Shown: positions 1 through 10,671, numbered from the stretch's first letter. The stretch is 49,133 nt of DNA from Chlamydiota bacterium (GCA_050049995.1 JASFVE010000003.1:1-49133); one strand, 5' to 3'. Notes: a model not told the origin generated them from the letters alone. Numbers and translations: made by a program.

Positions 1-169
1 CCTTCAAATTCATTAAGTCGTTCTCTAGTCGTATTACCCTGAGCTTCTCTTTATCCCACTCAGTTAAATTCATATCTAACATAGTAATGAATTCTGAAGA
101 GCTGATTTCGGGCTCACTGTCTAATGATAAAGGAGCAAGTGAGCTGCCTATAAAATAGTACCGACTCAT
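1..169 (-). CDS. DUF2764 family protein (V-type ATPase subunit C-like, Chlamydia CT309-like), 5' part only; runs off the window edge
   Basis: Not in the ORF track. Manual translation from ATG at 169 gives MSRYYFIGSSLAPLSLDSEPEISSSEFITMLDMNLTEWDKEKL..., open to position 1. It lies directly downstream of V-ATPase subunit E, as in chlamydial atp operons. Confidence 0.75.
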   Translation of the reverse strand, partial: MSRYYFIGSSLAPLSLDSEPEISSSEFITMLDMNLTEWDKEKLRVIRLENDLMNLK

Positions 170-176
170 AGTGCTT

Positions 177-809
177 TTAAGATTTAAAAACTATTTCTCG
201 AAAATCTTTTCGAATATATCGTGCAACAAGTTCCTTAATGGCCTCGTCTGTGATATCAAGGGTAATTTGCATGTCGTGAAGCTTTAGCTTAACGCCCCCT
301 TGAAATTCCCCTATTTCTACGGTTTGATTTCTGAGTTTTTCTAATGTTTCTTGTAAAAGAAGTTTATTTAAGTCTTTAGCTTTAAATGCTTTGGGAACTA
401 AGACACTTAAGTCAGCATCTAGTCCTTTTTCAACAGCCATGTTCACAAATCCTTTAATCATTTCAGAAACTGTTTCAACACCTGAGGTCTCTTTAGTGAT
501 AACCTCAGAAAGCCTTGCATCAAAAAGCTCTTTCTCAACAGATTGTTTCAGTAAATCTAGAGCTTGCTTGCATGACAAGTTCAAAGAAGCTTCAAAAACT
601 TTTTTATGCTCTTCACCTTGTCTTTTAGCCTCTTCTATTATTCTCTCAGAATCTTCTTTGGCTTTCTTAATGATTTCTTGTGACTGTAAATGGGCGTTTT
701 CAACAATTTCCTGAGCCTCTTGCTTAGCTGGATCGACTGTTTCTTTCTTTAAAAGATCGCATATCTTTTCAATTTTGCTTTTACCGGTATCAAGTTTCTT
801 ATCTTGCAT
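177..809 (-). CDS. atpE: V-type ATP synthase subunit E
   Basis: KIEKICDLLKKETVDPAKQEA N-terminus, charged coiled coil and C-terminal GGVKLK...LDITDEAIKELVARYIRKDFREIVF typical of chlamydial V-ATPase E; AGAGGAG RBS upstream. Confidence 0.9.
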   Translation of the reverse strand: MQDKKLDTGKSKIEKICDLLKKETVDPAKQEAQEIVENAHLQSQEIIKKAKEDSERIIEEAKRQGEEHKKVFEASLNLSCKQALDLLKQSVEKELFDARLSEVITKETSGVETVSEMIKGFVNMAVEKGLDADLSVLVPKAFKAKDLNKLLLQETLEKLRNQTVEIGEFQGGVKLKLHDMQITLDITDEAIKELVARYIRKDFREIVFKS

Positions 810-1044
810 TTGACTCCTCTACACAGTTGTAAACTGATGAAAGCATACATCAGTTTCGAATTTTTCAGGAGTTTTTTTAAGAAAACAAAAAAAATTACTT
901 TTTCTTATCTTTTTTGAAATCAAATATTTGAACTCATTCACAACAATAATTAATAGAAAATATATAGAAAAATATTTATATCATGTGTTTCCTTCTTAAT
1001 AGGGAAAGGTAGTGAATACTATAACTATAACCCAGGAGAATCCC

Positions 1045-1266
1045 ATGAAAAAACTAGCGATGGCATTGATGCTTTTTGCACTTTGCTTTTCAAATATACA
1101 GCTTCAAGCGCAACAACGTGGACAAGCTGCAAGAAATGGCGCAACAACAGGCTCATCTGATTGGGCTTGGGGCATTGGGCTTGCTTCATTAGCTGTTTTA
1201 GGAACTGTCAGCGGAATTATCGCTGCAAGTGCAACTGAAAGTCCTACAACATTTTCACATAACTAA
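1045..1266 (+). CDS. small exported membrane peptide, paralog 1 of 3
   Basis: ATG 1045 preceded by AGGAG; signal peptide MKKLAMALMLFALCFSNIQLQA, then GQAARNG motif and a Gly/Ala-rich hydrophobic helix. Confidence 0.75.
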   Translation: MKKLAMALMLFALCFSNIQLQAQQRGQAARNGATTGSSDWAWGIGLASLAVLGTVSGIIAASATESPTTFSHN

Positions 1267-1276
1267 TATAAATTAA

Positions 1277-1303
1277 GCGGCTTTTCTCCTTTAGAAGAGC
1301 CGC
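1277..1303 (+). terminator. intercistronic stem-loop (weak terminator or mRNA stabiliser)
   Basis: GCGGCTTTTCT-CCTTT-AGAAGAGCCGC forms an 11-bp stem with one G-U pair; followed only by ATTT. Confidence 0.6.
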
Positions 1304-1314
1304 ATTTAACTAGG

Positions 1315-1551
1315 ATGAGTATGAAGGGAATAGTACCTTATTTGCTTATCTTGACACTTCCATTTCAGGCTTTTTCTAAACAAAGTACTTCAGAGGAGGC
1401 GCCAGTAGGTCAAGCTTGTCGAGATGGAACAAATACTGCTGTCATAGTATGGGCTGTTTTTGGCGCTGCTTTTTTGGTTACCATTGGAATTATAGCTGCT
1501 GTTGTAATTGCAAAGGATAATAACGATAAAGTTGTAATTGTTCAGTACTGA
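1315..1551 (+). CDS. small exported membrane peptide, paralog 2 of 3
   Basis: Signal-peptide-like N-terminus (MKGIVPYLLILTLPFQAFS), GQACRDG motif, hydrophobic helix VWAVFGAAFLVTIGIIAAVVIA. Confidence 0.7.
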   Translation: MSMKGIVPYLLILTLPFQAFSKQSTSEEAPVGQACRDGTNTAVIVWAVFGAAFLVTIGIIAAVVIAKDNNDKVVIVQY

Positions 1552-1605
1552 ATAATTGAAGTAATTGAGCTTATTGTGAGATAACTCAAAAAAAAGGATG
1601 AACTC

Positions 1606-1845
1606 GTGAAAAAAGCAATATTTTACCTTATGCTTCTTACCCTAATTGTAGAGCCACTCCAAGCACGAACTACTAGCCGCACTACCAAAAGCCAAGCAAG
1701 CGCTGCTGCAGAAGGTTCATTCGACGCAACAGCACTTTCAATGGTTGTCTGGGGAACCGGAATGGCGATTGTCATAGCTACTGCAGCCATTTTAATTCCT
1801 AATAGCACTGATGACAATAGCGGTAATAATTCTCATGCTCACTAA
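1606..1845 (+). CDS. small exported membrane peptide, paralog 3 of 3
   Basis: GTG start after AAGGA; signal peptide MKKAIFYLMLLTLIVEPLQA, SQASAAAEG motif, helix VVWGTGMAIVIATAAILIP, and a C-terminal SHAH resembling the SHN of paralog 1. Confidence 0.7.
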   Translation: MKKAIFYLMLLTLIVEPLQARTTSRTTKSQASAAAEGSFDATALSMVVWGTGMAIVIATAAILIPNSTDDNSGNNSHAH

Positions 1846-2506
1846 GATTTTTCTCATCTTCTGCTGCTTATGTTCCTATGCTTTTTCCGATACATATTAT
1901 TTTTTTAAGCCACCCAAGGGATGGAAAGTGGCTAACCCAGACCTTTTATCGGAATCTGTTGAAGTTGGTTTCATTGGCAAAAGCACTTTTAAATTCAAAC
2001 CTTCTATTAACTTGGCTACAGAAAAAGTATCCTTGTCCTTAGAGAACTACATGAAAGAGGTGAAAAAGATTTATCAAAACGACAGGACAACTTCCTATAG
2101 AGATTTAGGTAGTCTTCCTACTAAGGCAGGTCAATCAAGATTATTAGAAATAACCAAAAAGACTAAGTTTGGGCAAGTAAAAATGCTACAGGCAATTCTT
2201 GTAAAAAATAATAAAGCTTATGTTCTAACAGGAGCTATGGAAAGCAAAGGGTTTATTGAGATGTACAATATTTTCATTAAAGCCTTTCAAAGTTTTACTT
2301 TTACAGAAAACCTTCTCAGCGTTATACAAAACGACGAAAAAAAAGAGAAACTTGAAAAAACCATCTCTTCATTTCAAGCTCAAGAAAATAAAAAAGACAA
2401 ACAGAAGCAGTTCAATAAGCTGCAAAAAATGATTACTAAGAACTTTAATGAACTTGGAACTCATTGGCAGATAGCTATATTACGAGACATTCAAACAGTG
2501 AAATGA
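1835..2506 (+). CDS. exported PsbP/DcrB-like protein (Chlamydia CT311-like by synteny)
   Basis: Likely start ATG 1835 (MLTKIFLIFCCLCSYAFS signal peptide); F-x-PPKGW, PSINLATE and AYVLTGA motifs; position between atpE and tal. Confidence 0.65.
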   Translation: MLTKIFLIFCCLCSYAFSDTYYFFKPPKGWKVANPDLLSESVEVGFIGKSTFKFKPSINLATEKVSLSLENYMKEVKKIYQNDRTTSYRDLGSLPTKAGQSRLLEITKKTKFGQVKMLQAILVKNNKAYVLTGAMESKGFIEMYNIFIKAFQSFTFTENLLSVIQNDEKKEKLEKTISSFQAQENKKDKQKQFNKLQKMITKNFNELGTHWQIAILRDIQTVK

Positions 2507-2988
2507 GATACATTTTTCTACTTTTACTCATTACTTCTTGCACAACTAAATCAAATTGGTATTTATCACGAATAGATTCTCAAGAAGTGCAATACCGCTC
2601 TTCTAGATTTGTCTATCACCCAGATAAGTATTATGACCTAGAACTCGAGATAGTCTGTTATCAAAATGAAACAAAGGCATTTATCAACCTACTACATGAA
2701 GTGCTAATGCAAGAAAACAACAAGCCCACCTTGTTGACCTTTGTCATTGATGGAACATCCTATGAAGGAACAGCCTATTTATTAAAAGGTGGACAAAAGC
2801 TTCAAATCTCAGAACCCTTAACAGACAAACTCATCAATTTCTTGCAACAAGGCAAAGAAATAAGTATTATTCTAAATGACAGTCAATTAGATATTGATCC
2901 GGGGAATTTTACTAAAATCTACGCCAAAAGACATCAAACAAGAAACTCTATTGTTTCCATTCCCCTATTTGAAATTTTTAAAAGATAG
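2503..2988 (+). CDS. putative lipoprotein (CT312-like by synteny)
   Basis: ATG 2503 overlaps the upstream stop (ATGA); [13 protein letters not shown] lipobox; GGQKL motif. Confidence 0.6.
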   Translation: MRYIFLLLLITSCTTKSNWYLSRIDSQEVQYRSSRFVYHPDKYYDLELEIVCYQNETKAFINLLHEVLMQENNKPTLLTFVIDGTSYEGTAYLLKGGQKLQISEPLTDKLINFLQQGKEISIILNDSQLDIDPGNFTKIYAKRHQTRNSIVSIPLFEIFKR

Positions 2989-2995
2989 GAATTTT

Positions 2996-3958
2996 ATGAA
3001 AAACCAGCTAGATCAGCTTAAAGAATTCACCACAGTAGTTGCAGATACAGGAGATTTTCAAGCAATTGAAAAATACCACCCAACAGATGCTACTACAAAT
3101 CCTTCCTTGATCTTTAAGGCATCTCAGGAAGAAAAATATGCAAAACTTGTAGATGATGCAGTGGCTTTTGCTAAAAAAAATAGCAATTCTAAAGAAACTC
3201 AACTCGAAACTGCTTTAGATAAAACATTTGTAAATTTTGGAATAGAAACACTAAGTCGCATCCCAGGAAGAGTATCTACAGAAGTTGACGCTAGACTTTC
3301 CTTTGATGTGGAAGGATCCATCAATAAAGCAAGACACCTAATAGCCCTTTATGAAAATGAAGGCATCGACCGCAAGAGGATTTTAATAAAGCTAGCGTCC
3401 ACTTGGGAAGGTGTATTGGCTGCAAGAGAGCTTGAAAAAGACAATATCCATTGCAATATGACTTTGATGTTTTCATTGGTGCAGGCAATAGCATGTGCTG
3501 AAGTGAAAGCCACTTTAATTTCTCCTTTTGTAGGCAGAATTCTCGATTGGTATAAGAAAAAAGAAGGTAAAGAAAGCTATCCACCAGATGAAGATCCAGG
3601 TGTAAAATCAGTGCGCAAGATCTACAACTGTTATAAGAAACACGGTTACAATACGGTTATTATGGGAGCTTCCTTTAGAAATAAAGAACAAATCTTAGCC
3701 CTTGCTGGCTGTGATTTCCTTACTATTTCACCTGAGCTTTTAGAAGAGTTAAAAACTTCTGAAGATCCGGTAGAGAAAAAGTTAGATCCAAAATCAGCTA
3801 AAGAATCAGATGTAGAAAAAATCCATGTAGATGAAAAAACATTTCGCTATCAGCTTAATGAAGACCCAATGGCTACAGAAAAACTAGCTGAAGGAATTAG
3901 AAAGTTTGCTGAAGATATTGTAAAATTAGAAAAAGTTATAGAGAAAAAGCTGGCTTAA
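2996..3958 (+). CDS. tal: transaldolase
   Basis: [29 protein letters not shown] (Schiff-base Lys), [11 protein letters not shown]; start ATG 2996 after AGGA. Confidence 0.97.
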   Translation: MKNQLDQLKEFTTVVADTGDFQAIEKYHPTDATTNPSLIFKASQEEKYAKLVDDAVAFAKKNSNSKETQLETALDKTFVNFGIETLSRIPGRVSTEVDARLSFDVEGSINKARHLIALYENEGIDRKRILIKLASTWEGVLAARELEKDNIHCNMTLMFSLVQAIACAEVKATLISPFVGRILDWYKKKEGKESYPPDEDPGVKSVRKIYNCYKKHGYNTVIMGASFRNKEQILALAGCDFLTISPELLEELKTSEDPVEKKLDPKSAKESDVEKIHVDEKTFRYQLNEDPMATEKLAEGIRKFAEDIVKLEKVIEKKLA

Positions 3959-3994
3959 TGTTGTTAAACCAGCTTAATGTAAGTTATCTAAAGA

Positions 3995-4019
3995 GGGCTT
4001 TTATAAATTATAAAAGCCC
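3995..4019. terminator. hairpin between convergent genes (likely terminator)
   Basis: GGGCTTTTATA-AAT-TATAAAAGCCC perfect 11-bp inverted repeat between the tal stop and the stop of the 731-aa gene. Confidence 0.6.
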
Positions 4020-4027
4020 GGTCTAAA

Positions 4028-6223
4028 TCAATTTTCAAATGAAACAGTTTTCTTTCTTTTAGCACCCATTGGTTCTGCTGCAGGAGCTGCATATCTAGGC
4101 GTGCTTGGGAAAATAGGTTCAGAATTACTTCTACCACCTACCCCAGGAATACCGCTAAATGAAACCCTTCTTCTAAGGCGAACGGGGCTATTTTCTGTTT
4201 TTGGCGCCCTTATAATACCCCCTGCTGCAGGAGCAGAAGCAGCAGCTTTTTTAGGAGAAAACTTTGGCTTACTCTCATTCATACTTGAGATGCGTTCTTC
4301 ATAAATTGAATGTATATATGGTTTATATATGACTGAAGAAAGTCTTCTTTGATTACCTAACATTTTTTTAATGTTTTTATCTGCTAATTGAATGAATTCC
4401 TTAGCACCAGGAAGGTTTTTACCAAGTTGTTTAAACATTTGACCTACTACTCGGTTTACAAATTGAAAATCTGACATCATTCCAGAAGCTTCTTCAATTA
4501 ACTTTTGAAAAGGTTCATTTAAGATAGATATGATGTAACTTTCTGAGTGTTTTGATGCTTCAGGATCTTTGAAGATTTTTTCATAGGCATTTAAAAACCT
4601 TTTATAATTGTCTAAAGTTCTTTGTAGATTTCTCGTTTCTTCAGGTAAATCTAGATTTTCTCCTAGAGCTTCTTCCAGTAATTGAACTTCTTCTAGCACT
4701 TCGGAATACACTGAGTTTTTTAATGCATCTTGATTTAAAAGCATTCTCAAGGCTTTTGCTTCATGAGAACCCCGACCAGCTACAATGCTTTGATGAAGCC
4801 AAGAAAGCATTTCCTCCGCTGAACTGCTTAAAAACCTTCTATAATTGTCTAAAGTTTTTTGCAGATTTCTCGCTTCTTCATCTAAATCTGCACGTTCTCC
4901 TTCAGGTAAATCTAGGTTTTTTCCTAAAGCTTCTTTCAGCAATTGAACTTCTTCTTGAGCTTTCGAATACACTGATCTTTTCAACGTAACTTGATTTAAA
5001 ACCATTCTCAAGGTTTTTGCTTCGTGAAAATCCTTAGCGTCAAAAATGCTGTGATGGAACCAAGAAATCACTTCTTGCATCGAACTGTTTGAATTTAATG
5101 TATGCGGAATATCTAAATAGTCAAGCCTGGATAAAATTAACTGGACATGCGCGCTTTCTAGTTCTGAGATATTTCCAACTTCTAAATTGTTACTCATATC
5201 TAGCCTAATATCACAAAGGGCTTGTCTTCTTTCTGTCGATAGTTGATTGTATTCAGGTTTTTGAGCTGCAATGATTGAAGCAACATCTGTTCGAAATTTA
5301 TCCGATACCTTTTTAATTTCTTTATTAAATTCTGCTTGAATTTGAGCATTACTCTTATTGCTTTGCTTCAAAGCTCTATCTTTTCTTCTGAAGGCTATAT
5401 CCATTGCTTGATCACGGTCAGCAAAAATTGTATTTAAATCCATAAGAAATACATTAGTCTGACTAGATATTTCACGTAATTCCCTTAATACACCCCATAT
5501 AGATAAGACATCTTTCAATTTTGACGCCATAAAGTCTTTAATAGCCATTAAGTCAGATGGGTGAAAAATTTCGAACTTTTTAAAATCTACTATACTATGT
5601 AAGTCATCCATAGTAAATTGAACTTCTGGATAATCACTAAATAATTTCTGATAAGCCTCATCAAATTCACTGGGAGCTACTATTCGGTCAAATTTTTGTA
5701 ATAAGTACTCTCTTAAATCATCAAAACTTCGAATCTCATCTCTATGTCGTTCACTTACATATAATTCTTTAGCTTGCTGTAATTTATAATCTATTGCAGT
5801 TTGAACAAGTGGCTCGTAGTCTTTACCAAGCATTAACTCTGTTAAATGGTGGGTCCTTCTTTGCTGATCTAACTTTGAAATACCAACCTTTCCTGAAAGG
5901 CCTACTTTTTCACTGGCTTTAAAAAGCCCATAAGCTACATGACCAACAACAGGCACCATCCAAAGGCCAGCTTTTACTCTTTTAGAAACTTTTCCCCACA
6001 AAGATCTTTCTTGAGTTCCTAAATCATAAGTTTGTACTACTCTTCCATGTTTATCAAGAAGTTGTTTAGAGACTACAACTACTTTATCCTTCGAACTTAT
6101 CGAAGAATCTTGAGAATCTAAAGAAGCTTGAGAAGGTTTTGTATTTCTTATCAAGTCAAACGCATGATAGTAAGGAGCGCAAAGCGGATTTGACCTTGAT
6201 TTACTTGTAAGTGAAAAACTCAT
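4028..6223 (-). CDS. hypothetical 731-aa helical protein, candidate secreted effector
   Basis: Long ORF with Ser-rich N-terminus, internal ~80-aa duplication and a disordered C-tail containing RRRVSF and KRKKTVSF; no recognisable family. Confidence 0.8.
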   Translation of the reverse strand: MSFSLTSKSRSNPLCAPYYHAFDLIRNTKPSQASLDSQDSSISSKDKVVVVSKQLLDKHGRVVQTYDLGTQERSLWGKVSKRVKAGLWMVPVVGHVAYGLFKASEKVGLSGKVGISKLDQQRRTHHLTELMLGKDYEPLVQTAIDYKLQQAKELYVSERHRDEIRSFDDLREYLLQKFDRIVAPSEFDEAYQKLFSDYPEVQFTMDDLHSIVDFKKFEIFHPSDLMAIKDFMASKLKDVLSIWGVLRELREISSQTNVFLMDLNTIFADRDQAMDIAFRRKDRALKQSNKSNAQIQAEFNKEIKKVSDKFRTDVASIIAAQKPEYNQLSTERRQALCDIRLDMSNNLEVGNISELESAHVQLILSRLDYLDIPHTLNSNSSMQEVISWFHHSIFDAKDFHEAKTLRMVLNQVTLKRSVYSKAQEEVQLLKEALGKNLDLPEGERADLDEEARNLQKTLDNYRRFLSSSAEEMLSWLHQSIVAGRGSHEAKALRMLLNQDALKNSVYSEVLEEVQLLEEALGENLDLPEETRNLQRTLDNYKRFLNAYEKIFKDPEASKHSESYIISILNEPFQKLIEEASGMMSDFQFVNRVVGQMFKQLGKNLPGAKEFIQLADKNIKKMLGNQRRLSSVIYKPYIHSIYEERISSMNESKPKFSPKKAAASAPAAGGIIRAPKTENSPVRLRRRVSFSGIPGVGGRSNSEPIFPSTPRYAAPAAEPMGAKRKKTVSFEN
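4593..5074 (-). repeat. intragenic tandem duplication, 2 copies of ~220-245 bp
   Basis: About 4593-4813 and 4830-5074 align at DNA level (e.g. AAAAACCTT.TATAATTGTCTAAAGTT, CTTCAGGTAAATCTAG, CATTCTCAAGG.TTTTGCTTC) and at protein level (SW.H.SI...HEAK.LRM.LNQ..LK.SVYS...EEVQLL.EALG.NLDLPE...RNLQ.TLDNY.RFL). Confidence 0.9.
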
Positions 6224-6435
6224 AATATTATACCTAATAATTTATTATTATATTGTCATTAATTAATGTAATATATATTATACAACAATTTTTTATTTAA
6301 AATCTATTAAATAAATAACTACTAATTTGTAATTAATTATTCAATAATAAAAATATTTTTAATACTTATATAGGTAAAAATATTTTTAGTAAATTATTTT
6401 TTTTAATATCAAAAAGTAGTTAGAAAGAATAATGC

Positions 6436-6477
6436 AAAAAAAAACACTATTCTAAAGAATTAGAATAGTGTTTTTTT
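6436..6477. terminator. bidirectional rho-independent terminator after rpoC
   Basis: A9-CACTATTCTAA-AGAA-TTAGAATAGTG-T7. Confidence 0.85.
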
Positions 6478-6498
6478 GTTAACTGAATAAAGATAAGA

Positions 6499-9400
6499 TT
6501 ATTGAACTATAGCTTCTTCTTCATCAAATGAAAACTCAAGCTTTTCTTCAAGCTCTCTATCAATAAATTTTTTCACCTTCTTATGGTACTCATAGCCAGT
6601 TCCACCAGGTATCATATGACCCATAATTAAGTTAGCTTTAAAATCTAACATAAAGTCAGTCTTACCTTCACTGGAGGCTTCTGTAAGCACTCTTGTTGTC
6701 TCTTGGAAAGAGGCAGCTGAAATAAATGACTCAGTTCCAAGTGATGCTTTTGTGATACCTAACAATACAGGAGCTGCTTGAGCAGGTTTTCCACCTTCTT
6801 CAATTGTCCTGCGGTTTATCTCATGAAATTTCTTTTTATCCACGTCTTCACCATACAAGAAAGTTGTATCACCTGGATCAGTGATGCGCACTTTTTGAAG
6901 CATCTGACGTACAATAATTTCAATGTGCTTATCGTTAATATCAACACCTTGTAAGCGATACACTTCTTGAACCTGATTCACAAGATATTTCTGAAGTTCT
7001 CTAACACCACAAATTTCTAAAATTTCTTGTGATACTACAAGCCCTTCCGTTAGCTGCTGACCTTTAATGACCGAATCACCTTTTTGAACGATCAAGTGCT
7101 TAGCAAGCGGAATAAGATGCTCTTCTTCCATACCTGTTGTCTCGTCTCGTACAACAACAATTCTCTTGTTCTTTTGTACACCTCTGAAGTCAACTACACC
7201 ATCAAGTTTCGCAATTTCTGCTGCATCTTTTGGCTTTCTTGCTTCAAAAAGCTCAGCTACTCTAGGAAGACCACCTGTAATGTCCTTTGTTTTAATAGCA
7301 CCACGTGGCAGCTTCGCTAACACCATACCAGCATTAACTTTTTGGCCTTCTTTTACTGATACAATAGCACCAGAAGGTATAGCATAAGTACCTACCAGCT
7401 CAGAGTAATCTTTATCACTATAAATAGATATTTGAGGATGAAGCTCACCTCTGTGCTGCTTAACTATAAGCTCAGTTTGCCCTGTTTGCTTATTTACTTC
7501 CTTCATAGTGGAAATACCTTCCACTAAATCGCCATATTTAGCAAATCCAGGTCTTTCGCAAATAATCGGACTGCTGTGTTGTTCCCACTCAGCAATCTTT
7601 TCCTTAGCTTTTACCTTTGCTCCATCTTCAAATAGAATCTTAGTACCCAGCTCAATCTGGAAAACTTGTAATGGCTCGATAGACTTTGTGCTTAGAAGCT
7701 TTTTATATTCTTCTAAACTTCTACCTTCATCTCTTACAATGCAAAGAGATCCATTCTTATTAAGAGCTAGCCAGTTGTTTTCTTCATTTTGAACAACTCT
7801 AAGATCCATATAAACTAAGACACCATCACTATCAACAACAAGCTCAGGGGATAATGCAGCAGATGCAATACCACCCAAGTGGAACGTTCTCATCGTTAGC
7901 TGCGTTCCTGGTTCACCGATAGACTGAGCTGCAATAATACCAATTGCCTGCCCTTCACCTACTAAGGATCCCGTAGCAAGATTTAGACCATAACATTTTG
8001 CACAAATACCTCTTCGGCTTTCACAAGTAAGTGCTGATCTAATTTTTACTACATCAATACCTGCATCATCGATTTGTTCAGCCTGCTGACTGGTAATAAC
8101 ATCGGATGCATTAGCAAGTTTTTTCGTGCTATCGCCTGGCATGAAGATATCTTCACAAGTAGTTCTACCAAAGATTCTATCTTGCAGTGGTAGCAACTCT
8201 TCTTGGCCTTGCTTAATTGCTGAAACTTCAATGCCATTTAAAGTACCACAATCTTGCTCTGTAATAATGACATCTTGAGATACGTCAACAAGCCTTCTTG
8301 TAAGATATCCAGAGTCAGCAGTCTTTAAGGCTGTATCAGCAAGACCTTTTCTAGCTCCGTGAGTTGAAATAAAGTACTCAAGTACTGTTAATCCTTCCCT
8401 AAAGTTAGCAGTAATAGGAGACTCTAAAATCTCTCCAGACGGCTTGGCCATAAGACCTCTCATACCACCTAACTGTTTTACCTGTGAACGGCTACCTCTA
8501 GCACCCGAATCCATCATCAAGTAAATTGGGTTAAGCTCATCATCCTTGACTTTTTGAATAAGTTCAAAGAGCTCATCAGACAGACGATCAGAAATTTCAG
8601 TCCAAATACTAATAATTTTAGACTTCTTCTCCCCTTCAGTGATGATACCATCTTCGTACTGCTGTTTTACTTCAGCTACACGCTTATTAGCATCTTCAAT
8701 AACTTCACCTTTATCTTCTGGGATTGTAACATCACAAACCCCCATAGATAAGGAAGCTTTGGTAGCTTCAGCAAATCCTAAGTTTTTCATGTCATCCAAG
8801 AAGCGCACTGTTTGCTCTAAGCCTTCTTTTTTATAACACTCTAAAACAAGCTGGGAAAGTCTCTTCTTACGTAAGGCATAATTCTGGAAGCCCATTTTTT
8901 TAGGAACGATAGTATTAAAAATAACTCTACCAGGAGTAGTTTCAATAATAGCTCCTTCAATTCTGACTTTAATCTTCTCATGAATATGGAGACCTCTTCC
9001 TAGATGATCTCTCCTGCCTTCTTTGTCTTTATTATGCCAGTTATAACTACCACTAGCACTTAAAGCTAAAAGTACCTCATCAGTACTACTAAAGACTTTA
9101 GTCGCACCATTTCGATCTTTAGGATCATAAAGTGGATCATGCATTAAGTAGTAAAGTCCTAAAATCATATCCTGAGAAGGAACGGCTACTGGCTTACCAG
9201 AAGATGGTAAGAAAATATTATCAGGAGCCATCATGAGAAGCTTAGCTTCTACCTGAGCTTCAATAGACAATGGCACGTGAACAGCCATCTGGTCACCGTC
9301 AAAGTCCGCGTTAAACGCAGGAGTTACCAGTGGGTGAACCCTAATAGCTTTACCTTCTATAAGAATAGGCTCAAATGCTTGAATTCCTAATCTATGCAAT

Positions 9401-10671
9401 GTAGGCGCCCTGTTTAGCAAGACTGGGTGACCTTTAATAATTTCTTCTAAAACATCCCAAACTTCAGGTGATTGTTTTTGAATCATCTTTTTAGCTGATC
9501 GGATAGTGTAAACATACCCTTGATCTTTGAGGCGTTTAACAATAAATGGCTCAAAAAGCTCTAAAGCCATCTGTTTAGGAAGACCGCATTGATTAAACTT
9601 CAACTCAGGTCCCACAACAATGACGGAACGGCCAGAGTAATCAACCCTCTTACCTAAAAGGTTTTGTCTAAATCTTCCATGCTTACCTTTTAGCATTTCG
9701 GATAAAGATTTTAGAGGTCTGTTTCCAGCTCCCATTACTGGGTGGCCATGTCTACCATTATCAAAAAGAGCATCTACAGATTCTTGCAGCATTCTCTTTT
9801 CATTTCGGATAATGACATCCGGTGTTTTAAGTTTTAAAATAGCCTTTAGACGATTATTCCTATTTATTACCCTTCTATACAAATCATTCAAATCTGAAGT
9901 AGCAAACCTTCCGCCATCTAATGGAACTAAAGGTCTTAAATCTGGTGGGATGACCGGAACTGCCGATAAAACCATCCATTCAGGCTTATTAGATGAACCG
10001 CCAAAACTTTCAACAATTTTTAGCCTTTTAGCTAGCTTCATTCTAGCTTGCATAGACTTTGTTTTACGAAGTTTTTCCTTAAGTTCTAAAACTAAAGATG
10101 ACAGATCTTCTGTGGATAAAAGTTCATAAATAGCTTCCCCACCCATTTTAACTGTAAATGAATCAGGACCCCATTTTTCTAAAGCCTCACGATGTTCATT
10201 ATCATTTAACAACTGCTTCTTTTCTAAGTCAGTTCTACCTGGATCAGTAACTACATACTCTTCATAGTAGATAACTCTTTCTAAATCCGCAGTGGACATT
10301 CCCAAAATATTGCCGATCCTTGAAGGCATTGTTTTGAAAAACCAAATATGAACAACAGGTACCGCTAGATCAATGTGGGCCATTCTCTCGCGTCTAACCT
10401 TTGATAGGGTTACCTCTACACCACAGCGATCACAAACAATTCCTTTGTGCTTAATTTTTTTATATTTACCACAAGCGCATTCCCAATCTCTGGTAGGTCC
10501 AAAGATTTTTTCGCAAAAAAGGCCACCTTTTTCAGGTTTAAAAGTTCGGTAGTTAATCGTTTCCGGTTTTTTGATCTCACCCCGTGACCAATCGTTGCGA
10601 ATGACATCATCACTTGCTATTTTGATTGACAATTTATCAAATTGAGAATCTTTAAAATCCTCATCTAACAT
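6499..10671 (-). CDS. rpoC: DNA-directed RNA polymerase subunit beta'
   Basis: NADFDGD catalytic motif, KPETINYRT, zinc-finger Cys residues, [13 protein letters not shown]. Confidence 0.99.
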   Translation of the reverse strand: MLDEDFKDSQFDKLSIKIASDDVIRNDWSRGEIKKPETINYRTFKPEKGGLFCEKIFGPTRDWECACGKYKKIKHKGIVCDRCGVEVTLSKVRRERMAHIDLAVPVVHIWFFKTMPSRIGNILGMSTADLERVIYYEEYVVTDPGRTDLEKKQLLNDNEHREALEKWGPDSFTVKMGGEAIYELLSTEDLSSLVLELKEKLRKTKSMQARMKLAKRLKIVESFGGSSNKPEWMVLSAVPVIPPDLRPLVPLDGGRFATSDLNDLYRRVINRNNRLKAILKLKTPDVIIRNEKRMLQESVDALFDNGRHGHPVMGAGNRPLKSLSEMLKGKHGRFRQNLLGKRVDYSGRSVIVVGPELKFNQCGLPKQMALELFEPFIVKRLKDQGYVYTIRSAKKMIQKQSPEVWDVLEEIIKGHPVLLNRAPTLHRLGIQAFEPILIEGKAIRVHPLVTPAFNADFDGDQMAVHVPLSIEAQVEAKLLMMAPDNIFLPSSGKPVAVPSQDMILGLYYLMHDPLYDPKDRNGATKVFSSTDEVLLALSASGSYNWHNKDKEGRRDHLGRGLHIHEKIKVRIEGAIIETTPGRVIFNTIVPKKMGFQNYALRKKRLSQLVLECYKKEGLEQTVRFLDDMKNLGFAEATKASLSMGVCDVTIPEDKGEVIEDANKRVAEVKQQYEDGIITEGEKKSKIISIWTEISDRLSDELFELIQKVKDDELNPIYLMMDSGARGSRSQVKQLGGMRGLMAKPSGEILESPITANFREGLTVLEYFISTHGARKGLADTALKTADSGYLTRRLVDVSQDVIITEQDCGTLNGIEVSAIKQGQEELLPLQDRIFGRTTCEDIFMPGDSTKKLANASDVITSQQAEQIDDAGIDVVKIRSALTCESRRGICAKCYGLNLATGSLVGEGQAIGIIAAQSIGEPGTQLTMRTFHLGGIASAALSPELVVDSDGVLVYMDLRVVQNEENNWLALNKNGSLCIVRDEGRSLEEYKKLLSTKSIEPLQVFQIELGTKILFEDGAKVKAKEKIAEWEQHSSPIICERPGFAKYGDLVEGISTMKEVNKQTGQTELIVKQHRGELHPQISIYSDKDYSELVGTYAIPSGAIVSVKEGQKVNAGMVLAKLPRGAIKTKDITGGLPRVAELFEARKPKDAAEIAKLDGVVDFRGVQKNKRIVVVRDETTGMEEEHLIPLAKHLIVQKGDSVIKGQQLTEGLVVSQEILEICGVRELQKYLVNQVQEVYRLQGVDINDKHIEIIVRQMLQKVRITDPGDTTFLYGEDVDKKKFHEINRRTIEEGGKPAQAAPVLLGITKASLGTESFISAASFQETTRVLTEASSEGKTDFMLDFKANLIMGHMIPGGTGYEYHKKVKKFIDRELEEKLEFSFDEEEAIVQ

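Noticed and set aside
1501-1568. Short direct repeat GTTGTAATTG (1501, 1531) and GTAATTG (1561)
   Set aside because: Explained by repeated Val-Val-Ile codons and AT richness; too short to support a functional call.
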